Part shown: positions 36,204-46,400 of the stretch, one piece after another
Position numbering within the stretch: the stretch's first letter is position 1
Layout: every line of letters starts with the position of its first letter
Assembly: GCA_964291235.2 (NCBI GenBank)
Contig: OZ219816.1
Coordinates: 1,600,001 to 1,664,000 of the forward strand
DNA: 64,000 nt
Direction of reading: 5' to 3'
Source of the DNA: Vicinamibacteria bacterium
GTDB lineage: Bacteria > Acidobacteriota > Vicinamibacteria > Marinacidobacterales > Marinacidobacteraceae
The notes under the pieces: model-generated
Seen by the model: the letters and a program-made list of their open reading frames with translations, nothing else
The model's database searches: none
What the model was told of the DNA's origin: nothing
Made by a program: the position numbers and the translations under genes

Positions 36204-38949
36204 ATGCGGCTCCCGAACCGGCTTCTGGTCGGCGTCGCGGCGCTCCTGCTCATCAACTCCGGCTACCTGATCGCGGCCCGGGGGGCGACCCTCTTCCACG
36301 CCGCCCAGATCCTCCTGCATCCGGTCCTCGGGATCGCCGCTCTGAAGCTCATCCTGTGGGGCTGGAAGACGATCGCCCCGGCGCTCCGGAGCGATCCACT
36401 GCGCCGCTGGTTCTGGATCTCGGGGGGGCTGCTCGCGGTCAGCGGTCTCGGACTGTTCGTCTTCGGCGCCCTGCCCGAGACCCGGCCCCTGCTCTACCTC
36501 CACCTCGCCAGCGCCGCCGGGTTCGCGGGGCTGCTCGCCCGGCGGCGGGTACTGCTCGCTCCGCTCCTGCTGGCCGTTGCCGTTCCGGCGGGAGGGTTTC
36601 TTCGACCACTGCTGCCCGATCCCGGACCCGTGCTGAACGCCGGCCTGCCCCCGGCAACCATGACCGGCGAGGCCATGGGAGGCGCCGAAGGGCCGTTTTT
36701 TCCCTTCCTCAGCCGAAACGGAGCACGGTGGCCTCATTCCCGAGGAGTTCTTCCTCGAGAGCGGCAAGTGCGCCCGCTGCCACGCCGACATCACCCACCA
36801 GTGGAGCGAGTCGGCGCACCGCTTCGCGTCGTTCAACAACCCCTGGTACCGGCGCTCCATCGAATACATGCAGGACGTGGTGGGGGTGACCCCCTCCAAG
36901 TGGTGCGCCGGCTGCCACGACCACGCGGTCCTCTTCAGCGGTCAGATGGACCGCCCGGTCGCCGAGATCGTGGACCGTCCCTCGGCGAGCGCCGGACTTG
37001 GCTGCGTCTCCTGTCACGCCATCACCCGCGTAAAGGACACCATGGGGAACGCCGGCTTCGTCATCGAGTACCCCGAGATGCACGACCTGGCAGCTTCCGA
37101 CGACCCGCTGGTCCGTTCGCTCCACGACCTGGTGATCCACCTCGACCCCCAACCCCACATCCAGGCGTTCCTGAAACCGCTCCACACCGGCGACAGCTCG
37201 GCGTTTTGTTCGACCTGCCACAAGGTCCACCTCGACCAGCCGGTGAACGACTACCGCTGGCTTCGCGGCTTCAACAGCTACGACAACTGGCAGGCGAGCG
37301 GGGTCTCGGGAGAGGGCGCGCGGTCGTTCTACTACCCCGATTCTCCGAAGACCTGCGCCGACTGCCACATGCCGCCGGTCGCCGGCGAGGATCCGGCGGC
37401 CCGGAACGGCCTGCTCCGTTCCCACCGTTTCGCAACCGCAAACACCGCGCTTCCCACCCACTTCGGCCTCGACGAGCAGCTCCAGGCGGTTCGCGACTTC
37501 CTGCGCGCCGGTCAGGTGACGGTGGACATCTTCGGCCTGGTGCGCGACGACGCGGGGGAAGCGGCGGGCGCGGGGAGCCTCTCGGGCGGCGCGGATCCCC
37601 TGGTTCTCGCGTCCACCTTCGCGGTCGGCGAGGAAGCGGCGGCGCCAACCGGGCGCTATGCCCCTTCGGGGCCCCTTGGCGCGCTAAGCGCCCCGCTGGA
37701 CGAAGCGCTGCCCGCCCTGGTCCCCGGGGAAACGGTGCGGGTGGACGTCGTGGTGCGCACCAGGAACGTGGGGCACTTCTTTCCGAGCGGCACGATCGAT
37801 GCCCAGGAGGTCTGGCTCGAGTTCCGCGCCGAAGACGCCGCCGGAAGACCCTTCTTCTGGAGCGGGTTCACCGGCGAAGCGGGCGAGGCCACGAACGCCC
37901 CGGTGGATCGCTCCGCTCACTTCTTCCGCTCGCTGCTCCTCGACGCCCAAGGCAATCCCATCAACAAGCGAAACGCCTGGTCGGCGCGCAGCGTGCTCTA
38001 CGTCTCTCCCATTCCTCCCGGCGCGGCGCACACCGTGCGCTACCGGCTCCGGGTTCCGGAAGACGTCGAGGGGCCGGTCACCCTCAACGCGCGGTTGAAC
38101 TACCGAAAGTTCGACTGGTGGCACACCCAGTGGACCTTCCGGGGCGAACTCGACGAGAGCGGCGCAGTGGCCTCCGGGTACGACAATCGGGAGGTTCGGT
38201 TCGACGAGGCCATCCCGGCGCCGGACATCCCGATCGTCGAGATGGCCACCGATTCGCTGCGACTTCCGGTCGCCGCCGAGGCGAGTCCCACTGCCGAACC
38301 GGCCGGCGGCGATCTGCCCCGGGCGCTCCGCTTCAACGACTACGGGATCGGCTTGCTGCTCCAGGGCGATCTCCGGGGTGCCGAGGCGGCGTTCTCGACG
38401 GTCGCCGGGCTCGCCCCCGAATACGCGGACGCTCCGGTGAACCTCGCCCGGGTTCGTCTTCAGGAGGGTGATCCCGAGGGCGCCCAGGAGGCGGCGGAAC
38501 GGGCGCTGGCGCTCGCTCCCGGCCTCCCTCGGGCACTCTTCTTCCGGGCGATGGCGCTGAAGGCGCTCGGGCGCTACGACGAGGCGCTGTCCGACCTCCG
38601 CGCCGTGCAAGAAACCTATCCCCGGGACCGCGTGGTCAACAACCAGGTCGGGCGGCTGCTCTTCCTCAAGCGGGAATACGCCGAAGCGGTCGCGGTGCTC
38701 GAGAAGACGCTTTCCATCGATCCCGAGGACCTCGAGGCCCACTACAACCTGATGCTCGCCTCCCAGGGGCTCCGCGATCCGGAGCGCGCCGCCCGGCACC
38801 GGGAGCTCTACATGCGCTTCAAGGCAGATGAAGCCTCCCAGTTCGTGACCGGGGAGTACCGCCGGACGCATCCGGAAGACAACAACGAGCGGCTGCCCAT
38901 CCATGAGCACCAGGACGGTCTGGGTTCGCAGGAACCGCGGCACGAATAG
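36204..38949 (+). CDS. Membrane-anchored pentaheme cytochrome c (c554-like) with C-terminal TPRs; interrupted by a +1 frameshift at T6 (36696-36701)
   Basis: N-terminal multi-TM segment in the 36177 frame; removing one T joins GPFFP to SSAETEHGGLIPEEFFLESGKCARCH in the 36868 frame. CxxCH x5 (CARCH, CAGCH, CVSCH, CSTCH, CADCH); NDYGIGLL and TPR repeats. Confidence 0.85.
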
Positions 38950-39054
38950 CCGCGCGGCAGTTCGGGGGGCGCCGGCCCCCGGGTGGCAGGTTGGCTCCCG
39001 GGCCCCGGAGGCAGTTCGCCGTGACGCCAGCCGGACAGCGCGGCATCCGGAGAA

Positions 39055-39225
39055 TGGGCGCTCCGATCTCTCCGGCGGAAGGATGAGAAATCCCGGCTAG
39101 GATTTGTCGTCATGCCCGTCGAGATTGGCCGAGCCGAAGATCCCGACGAGTACCTGAACGCTGTCGAAGACACGATGAACGAGTGGGAATCGAAGGAAGA
39201 CGAGATCGCCTGGCGTGATTCCTGA
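39055..39225 (+). pseudogene. Relic of an AbrB/MazE-type antitoxin (C-terminal part)
   Basis: ATG 39112 gives MPVEIGRAEDPDEYLNAVEDTMNEWESKEDEIAWRDS, matching from memory the acidic EW.S.EDE.A..D tail of small antitoxins; in-frame stop upstream at 39022; no toxin follows. Confidence 0.55.
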
Positions 39226-39274
39226 TGCGCGGGAAGTAGGACGAGTGCCGCGACGGGACTCGCCGTTCAGGCGG

Positions 39275-40948
39275 GTGGCCGCCCCGGGATCGGGAGCAGT
39301 CCGGCGCGCCGGGACGCTCCTCGCCGCCTTCGCCCTGGCCGGAACCGGAGCCGCGCAGGAGGCGCGCTTCGTGGACGTCACCGAGGCCGCGGGGATCCAC
39401 TTCGTGCACGAGAACGGCGCCTTCGGCGAGAAGTACCTTCCGGAGACGATGGGCAGCGGGGTCGCCTTCTTCGACGCCGACGGCGACGGGGATCAGGATC
39501 TGCTCTTCGTCAACAGCCGGCGCTGGCCGGGTCAGCGGACCGAACCCGAACCCACCTCCGCTCTCTACCGAAACCGGGGAGACGGCACCTTCGAGGACGC
39601 GACCGCCGGCTCGGGGCTGGACACTCCCGCCTACGGCATCGGCGTGGCGACCGCCGACTACGACGCCGACGGGGATCAGGATCTCTACCTGACGGTTCTC
39701 GGGCCGAACCGCCTGCTCGAGAACACCGGCGGCGGCGTGTTCCGGGAGGCGCCCCACGCGGCTTCGGTAGCCGATCCGGGGTTTTCGAGCGGCGCGACCT
39801 GGTTCGACGCCGACGGCGACGGAGATCTGGATCTGTTCGTGCTGAACTACGTGGAGTGGTCCGTCGAAGAGGACATCTACTGCGCGCTCGACGGGGTGAA
39901 CAAGAGCTACTGCACGCCCGAGTCCTATAACGGCGCGAGCGCCATCCTCTACCGGAACGACGGGCCCGGCGGATTCACCGACGTGACCGCGGAAGCGGGG
40001 CTCTTCAACCCCCGCGGCAAGGGACTGGGAGCGGCGGTTCTCGACTTCGACGGCGACGGGCTGTTCGACCTCGCGGTGGCGAACGACACGCAACCCAACT
40101 ACCTCTACCGGAATCTCGGGGAGGGGCGCTTCGAGGATACCGGGGTGCTGGCCGGAATCGCCTTCGCGGAGAATGGCGCCGCCCGGGGCGCCATGGGGAT
40201 CGACGCCTCCGACTACGACGGCGACGGCCTGCCGGATCTCGTCATCGGGAACTTCTCGAACGAGATGGTCTCGCTCTACCACAACGAGGGGGTTGGCTTC
40301 TTCATCGATCAGGCTCCGGTGTCCGAGATCGGCCGGAACAGTCTCCTCACCCTCGCGTTCGGGGCCTTCTTCTTCGACTACGACCTCGACGGCCGCCAGG
40401 ACATCTTCCTGACGAACGGCCACGTCGAAACCGACATCGCGGCCGTCCAGCAGCGCGTCAACTACCGCCAGCCGCCGCACCTCTTCCGCAACCGGGGCGA
40501 CGGCGGATTTGATGAGGTGACGGCGTCGTCGCCGGATCTGGCCCGCGCGATGGTGGGCCGCGGAGCCGCCTTCGGCGACATCGACGGTGACGGCGACCCG
40601 GACCTCGTGGTGAGCCAGAACGGGGCTCCGGCGCAGCTCTTCCGCAACGACGGGGGTGAGAGAAACGACTGGATCGGTTTCCGCCTCCGGGGACACAATT
40701 CGAACCGTGACGGAATCGGTGCGAAGATCACCGTTGTCATCGAAAACGCCGGCATGACCCGCACCGAAACCCGCGTCGTCAAAAGCGCCACCGGATACGC
40801 ATCGCAGAATCAGCTTGAAGTGATCCTCGGTCTCGGCTCCGGCGGCCGCGCCGTATCGGCCGAGGTGGTGTGGCCCTCCGGAGCCCGGAGCTCGATCGAG
40901 GCGCCCGCGGCGCGGCAGGTGCTGCTCGTGGAGGAGCCCTCGTCGTGA
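39275..40948 (+). CDS. CRTAC1 / ASPIC-UnbV FG-GAP repeat protein (secreted)
   Basis: FVDVTEAAGI, ETMGSG, several DxDxDGxxD repeats, GRGAAFGDIDGDGDPD, SNRDGIGA; start uncertain (39215-39275). Confidence 0.92.
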   Translation: MAAPGSGAVRRAGTLLAAFALAGTGAAQEARFVDVTEAAGIHFVHENGAFGEKYLPETMGSGVAFFDADGDGDQDLLFVNSRRWPGQRTEPEPTSALYRNRGDGTFEDATAGSGLDTPAYGIGVATADYDADGDQDLYLTVLGPNRLLENTGGGVFREAPHAASVADPGFSSGATWFDADGDGDLDLFVLNYVEWSVEEDIYCALDGVNKSYCTPESYNGASAILYRNDGPGGFTDVTAEAGLFNPRGKGLGAAVLDFDGDGLFDLAVANDTQPNYLYRNLGEGRFEDTGVLAGIAFAENGAARGAMGIDASDYDGDGLPDLVIGNFSNEMVSLYHNEGVGFFIDQAPVSEIGRNSLLTLAFGAFFFDYDLDGRQDIFLTNGHVETDIAAVQQRVNYRQPPHLFRNRGDGGFDEVTASSPDLARAMVGRGAAFGDIDGDGDPDLVVSQNGAPAQLFRNDGGERNDWIGFRLRGHNSNRDGIGAKITVVIENAGMTRTETRVVKSATGYASQNQLEVILGLGSGGRAVSAEVVWPSGARSSIEAPAARQVLLVEEPSS

Positions 40949-42960
40949 GATTCACTCTGATTTCCGCCGGCGCGGGGCTCGCGGCGGCGCTTGGGCTCTT
41001 CGCCTCCGGCGCCGGCTCGCTTCCGGCCGCCGCAAGCGCGGTGCAGACCCAACCACCGTCGCTCCCCCCGCTCGCCGAACAGCCCGCCATGATGGTGGGT
41101 TCCGCCGATTGCCTCACCTGTCACGAGCAGGCCCATGACGACTGGACATCTTCGCGCCACTCCAAGATGGTGCAGCCGGCGGTTCCGGGTCAGGTGCTGG
41201 GCGATTTCTCCCAGGAGCGGCTCACCCTCAGGGGCGAGGACTACCGGATCCGGCGGGTCGGATCGAATTACTACATCACCGAATCGTTCTTTACCGGCGA
41301 GCCAGTCGAGCATCAGGTGGACTACACGCTCGGAAACCGGCGCATCCAGCACTACCTGACCACCCTCGAAGACGGCCGGGTCATCGTGCTGCCGCCAACC
41401 TGGGACGTGCTGCGGCGCGAGTGGTTCCACAACCTGGAGATCGCCGCCCCGGATCAGGCGGAGGGAATCGTCCCGGTCCAGCTCTGGAACAAGAACTGCT
41501 TCGGCTGCCACGTCAGCGACCAGATGAAAGGCTTCCGTCCTGGTGAGAACCGTTACGACACCACCTGGCTGGATTTCGGCACCACCTGCGAGCGGTGCCA
41601 CGGCCCCGGCAGCCGGCATGTGGACAAGTACATGAACCTCGACGCCTACGGTGACGATCCCGCAAGCCACATCGTGCAGCAGACCCGGCTGGACCACCAG
41701 ACGAACTCCATGGTCTGCGGCCAGTGCCACTCGTTCCGGGACCAGATGGCCTTCGGATTCGCGGCCGGCGACAACTACTTCGACTACTTCTTCCCGATTC
41801 TCGAGTACACCCAGGAGCCTTCCGAGGATCCCACCTGGTATCCGGACGGGAAAACCCGGCGGTTCTCGACCAACACGCTGGGCATCTGGCAGAGCGAGTG
41901 TTTCGTGGTCGGCGGCGCTACCTGCACCGGCTGCCACATCGATCCGCACCGGCCCGACATCGAGAAGAACGAGCAGCTCCTGCCGACGAACAACGGCCTC
42001 TGCACCGGCTGCCACGAGGCGATCGGGAACGACCTGACCGCGCACACCTTCCATCCGGCCGAGAGCGAGGGCAGTTCCTGCGTCGAGTGCCACATGCCGC
42101 GAAGCGTCACCAGCATTCGGGCGAAGATGCGCGACCACAGCATCTCGGTTCCGTCGCCCTCGAACACCGCAAGGTTCGGGATCCCAAACGCCTGCAACGA
42201 GTGTCATACAGCGGAGACTCCGGAGTGGGCCGTGGCCCGCATGGACGAATGGTGGGGCGAGACCCCGCGCCGGCGGAAGATCGAGCGGCGGGCCGAGGCC
42301 TACACCGGGGCGCGCGAACTGAGCCGGGAGGCGCTCGATCTCCTGCTCGCGATCTCCGCGGACGAGGCCGAGGGACCGATCAACCGGGCGAACGCCGCCG
42401 GGCATCTGGGCCGCTACCTGGCCGATCCCCAGACCCGGGAACCCGCGACCGCCGCCCTCCTCGCCGCTTCCGGCGACTCCCATCCGCTGGTGCGGGCGGT
42501 CGCTTCCCTGAAACTCGGCGAGACCGGGAACGCGGATTCGGCCGAAATTCGGGACACCCTCGTCGCCCGCGTTCAGGACGAGCGGCGGTCGGTGCGAATG
42601 AACGCCGCGATCTCGCTCCTCAACCTCGGGATCCGCACCCTTCCGGGGGAAGCCGAGAACAGTTTCGAACTCGCCAAGCGGCTGCACGCCATCCGGGGCA
42701 ATTTCTTCGCCGACGACGCTCCCCAGCAACTCAACCTGGGACGTCTCCACGTGCTCGACGGGAACCCCGCGGCTGCCGGACAGGCGTTCGAACAAAGCTA
42801 CAACCTCGATCCCGAACAGCCCGGAATCCGCTTCTTCATGGCGGTCACCCGTCTCTCTCAGCAGCGCTTTCCGGAGGCCCGCGAACTGCTCCGCTCCGTG
42901 CCCGCCGAAGATCCCTTCGCCCAGGAAGCGGCGAATCTCCTCCGTCAGCTGGAACCCTGA
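40945..42960 (+). CDS. Secreted octaheme cytochrome c with HEAT/TPR C-terminus
   Basis: Signal peptide; CxxCH x8 (CLTCH, CFGCH, CERCH, CGQCH, CTGCH x2, CVECH, CNECH); helical repeat C-terminus; GTGA-coupled to the UnbV gene. Confidence 0.9.
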   Translation: MRFTLISAGAGLAAALGLFASGAGSLPAAASAVQTQPPSLPPLAEQPAMMVGSADCLTCHEQAHDDWTSSRHSKMVQPAVPGQVLGDFSQERLTLRGEDYRIRRVGSNYYITESFFTGEPVEHQVDYTLGNRRIQHYLTTLEDGRVIVLPPTWDVLRREWFHNLEIAAPDQAEGIVPVQLWNKNCFGCHVSDQMKGFRPGENRYDTTWLDFGTTCERCHGPGSRHVDKYMNLDAYGDDPASHIVQQTRLDHQTNSMVCGQCHSFRDQMAFGFAAGDNYFDYFFPILEYTQEPSEDPTWYPDGKTRRFSTNTLGIWQSECFVVGGATCTGCHIDPHRPDIEKNEQLLPTNNGLCTGCHEAIGNDLTAHTFHPAESEGSSCVECHMPRSVTSIRAKMRDHSISVPSPSNTARFGIPNACNECHTAETPEWAVARMDEWWGETPRRRKIERRAEAYTGARELSREALDLLLAISADEAEGPINRANAAGHLGRYLADPQTREPATAALLAASGDSHPLVRAVASLKLGETGNADSAEIRDTLVARVQDERRSVRMNAAISLLNLGIRTLPGEAENSFELAKRLHAIRGNFFADDAPQQLNLGRLHVLDGNPAAAGQAFEQSYNLDPEQPGIRFFMAVTRLSQQRFPEARELLRSVPAEDPFAQEAANLLRQLEP

Positions 42961-42985
42961 GAGCCGGGAGAAGGTGCGCTCCCCG

Positions 42986-43378
42986 ATGAGCCGCACCGCC
43001 GCACTGCTTGCGGCATTCATGGGTCGGGTGGCGGGAACCGGTCTGGCTGAGCCCGCCTCCGGTCAGGAACGCCGCTTCCATTTCGGGATCGGCGTCCCGG
43101 TGGAAACTCCCGGAGTCACCTACGAGAAGGCCGTGGACAACACCGACCCGGGCACCCTCGTCCCGGCCCGCGCCGCGGCCAGGTATTCGAGGAAGAAGGT
43201 TCCGCAAGCGGTTCGCTCGCCGGGTTCGCGCTACTGGCCGGTTACCGGTGGCCACTGGGCGGCGAGAGCGTGTTCCTGAGCGCCGAACTGGATGCCGTGT
43301 TCCATCGCGGCGCCCTGGAGGCCGAACTCCCGGGGCGGCGGGCCGAGTCTGTCCCTGATGCTCGTGTTCGGGCGGTAG
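42986..43378 (+). pseudogene. Degraded secreted/outer-membrane beta-barrel-like gene
   Basis: Signal-like N-terminus ...ASGQERRFHFGIG; 1-nt loss near CCC 43167-43169 moves coding to GQVFEEEGSASGSLAGFALLAGYRWPLGGESVFLSAELDAVFH; a further fragment GGPSLSLMLVFGR* ends at 43378. Confidence 0.5.
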
Positions 43379-43428
43379 CTCAACGCCGGGTTCGCCCGCT
43401 TCTCGGACCAGCGTCGCGGTCCGCGGCG

Positions 43429-46400
43429 CTATCGGTCCCGATCAGGAGCCACGGCGCGAACCTCCGGCAGCAGGTGGCCACGGAGCACGAGGCCGTACGA
43501 GGGGCCATGGAACGCGTACCGGCTCCGGTCCGCCTGGAGACTCAGCGCCCAGCGCGCGCCGACCCTCATCCGACTGCCGAAGCGGAAGCTTCGGGTGCCG
43601 GACGGCGAATAGACGAATCCGCTGAAAGGAATCACCATGGCGCCCCCTCTCAGGGTCTCGAAGCCGTAACCGATCTCCGCCTCATGGCGGCCCTGGAGCA
43701 TCCCCGGGAAGTGGTTCACGGCGCTGGTGTCGGACCACAGGTGCTGGACGGTGCTTGCCGCGGCGCCGTGTACCGAGTGCAACCGGACCGCCAGTCCCAG
43801 GTAGTCGGGCCCCGGGTCGAGCCGCAGGGATCCGCCGAGGCCCCACTCGCGATAGCGCTCATCCTCGTGGGACACGAGGGAACGGCCGGTCATCTCCATG
43901 GACAACCCGCGGTCCCGGTTGCGATACCGGAGGCCCGACGCGACTTCGAGGCCCTGTCCCGATTCGGCGTCGCCGGCGTCCTGGCGGAAGCCCGCCTCGA
44001 CCAGCGGGCTGAGTTCCCCGCCCCCGATGGACGCGAGCTGAAACGAACCCTCCAGCAAGAGCCGGGTTCGCTGGGCTTCGGCGACGGAAGCCCGGCGGAC
44101 ATGCGTGGCATCGGACTCCAGCTCCACCCAGAAGATGTCGGACTTCACCGCCAGCCCGATTCCCGATCCGGAAAGAAGCGGCAGGTCGCCGCGGCCGCCG
44201 AACGCCCACATTCTCATGTGGAGATCGGCGTCCTGTTCGCCGCCCGAGATCCGGAGCGTGCCCGCACCGATTCCGCCGAGCCCCCACACCCGGAGCCACT
44301 CGGCGAGCGAGACGTGCACGTACGGATGAGCACTGCCGAGGATGCTCCAGATCTTCCCCATCCGTTCCGACTGGACCGCGGTCCCGCCCACGTGGTAGTC
44401 GCCGGTTCCAACGCTGCCGGCGAGCGCCAGGCCGCCAGTCAACCGGCCGCTCTGGACGTCGAATCCGGCGGTGACGCTTGACACCTCGCCGCTGAGCCCC
44501 ACGCCCGGATCGAGGCCGTCGAACTCCGTGTAGGAACCCCGGCCCCAGGCCGTCCAGCGTCCCCCGAATCCCCCTCCCGACGGGCCCTCCTGACTCTGGA
44601 CGACGAACGACGATCCGGAGAGGATCCGTCCCGCATCGAACCCGAGGGATGTCGCCTCCCGGCGATCGGGCGACGCCTCCGTCCCATGGGGCATCCACCG
44701 GCGGTAGCGCTCCACGCCGCCGAAGCCGAGGCTCGAGCGCATGGGACCGGATCCCAGAACGAAGTGGGAGCCCGGACCATCCGGGTTCGCGAAGCGGTCG
44801 CCGACGGCGTCCACGACCTGACTCGCCACTGTGCGGCCAAAGCGGGAGACCCAGGCGTCGGCCACGATCGCGTTGTCGTCGTCGTCCACGATCACGGCCG
44901 TGGCCTCGACTGCCGGGGAACCGGGTTCCCGCGGATTCGTCAGGCGGAGGTGGAAGTCTTCGTCCGCCTCGTCCAGGACGTCGTTCACGATCGCGACCGG
45001 GAGGGTGTCGCGGGTCTCGCCGGGCTCGAAGGTCAGGGTGCCGGTCAGTCCATCGAAGTCCTCGCCGGCGGTCGCCGTCCCATCCACCGTCCGGTAGTCC
45101 CAGGTGACCCGCTTGCCGGAAATGGTGTCAAGCGTCACCACGAATTCCATGCCGCCGGACCGCTCGGCCACCGTAACGTCCGGCACCCCCGGTTGCGGTT
45201 CCGCATCGTCGTCCTCGATGGTCCCAACGGCGAGCAGATCCCCCGCCACCGCGTAGCGGAGCCGGCTCAGCACCATTTCGACGGTCTCGTGCCCTTCGTC
45301 GAGCGCGTCGTCGAGGACCGTCACCCAGATCCGCTCTCCGTCGCTTCCCGGCGGGATCGTGAGCGTTCCGGAAGTGGGCCGGTAGTCGGTGTCCGCGATG
45401 GCCGAGACGGCCCGAGTCGCATAGTTCACGCTGACCGTCCGCCCGCTATCCGAGGCGAGGAAGACGAGGAAGCCGATGCGTCCGTCACCCTCCGGGGCGC
45501 TCACGTCCTCGATGAACAGTTGTGTTTCGCCGTCATCGTCCTCGATGGTCCCGACCGCTTCGGTGGAGGCGAGTCCGGCTCCCGAAGGCCGGTCGAAGCG
45601 GACGAGAAAGGTCTCGTCGTGCTCGTCGAGGAGATCGTTCAGAATCGGGACTTCGAACTCCCCCGACGCGGCGCCCGCGGGGATCGTGAGGGTACCGCTG
45701 GCCGCCGTGTAGTCGGCCCCCGCGGTGGCGGTGCGGTCGGCGGTGGTCCAGCGCACGCTCACCGGACCGGTGCTGGTCCCGGAGAGGTCGACCGTGAACA
45801 CCATGTTCCCGGTGTTTTCCGGGGCACGGGCGTTCCGCGGCTGCATTTCCAGGCCGCCGCTCCCCGCGGCCCGGGTCTGGGTCCCGGTGCCGCCGCCGGT
45901 GCCGCCGCCGGTGACACTGCCGCTGCCGGTGCCGGTGCCGCCGCTGCTGTCGTTGTCCTCGATGACGAGGAACACCGACGTCACCATTGTGGCGCCCGCC
46001 GTTCCGGCAACTTCAACGCTCTCATCGCGCTCAACAACCTCGTCGTCCACCGGCACGAGGGTGAACGAGCTCTGCGCGCTGGTTTGAGTGGTCGGAATCG
46101 TGAGTCTGAACCCCGAAACCGGGTCGAAATCGGTTCCCTCCTGGGCGGTCCCCGAGACCACCCTGACATCAACGTCGGTGTTTGACGTTCGTGTCGGACC
46201 ATTCCAGGCAGCGGTCACCGCAACGGAAATGCCGACAGAACCGACCCCCTCGGAGACCCGTCCGGGACTGACGCTCAGCTCGATGAACGGCGCGTCGTTG
46301 TCGGTGATCGTCACCTCCAGGAAGTCGGACACGCCGTCGTATCCCCCGCCGCTCGCATCATGATTCAGGCGCACGACCGGATCCTGGTTGGAGTCGTCGT

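Noticed and set aside
36702-38471. C-terminal ~590 aa of the 764-aa ORF 36177-38471
   Set aside because: Arg/Pro-rich out-of-frame product after the T6 frameshift; the heme motifs are in the other frame.
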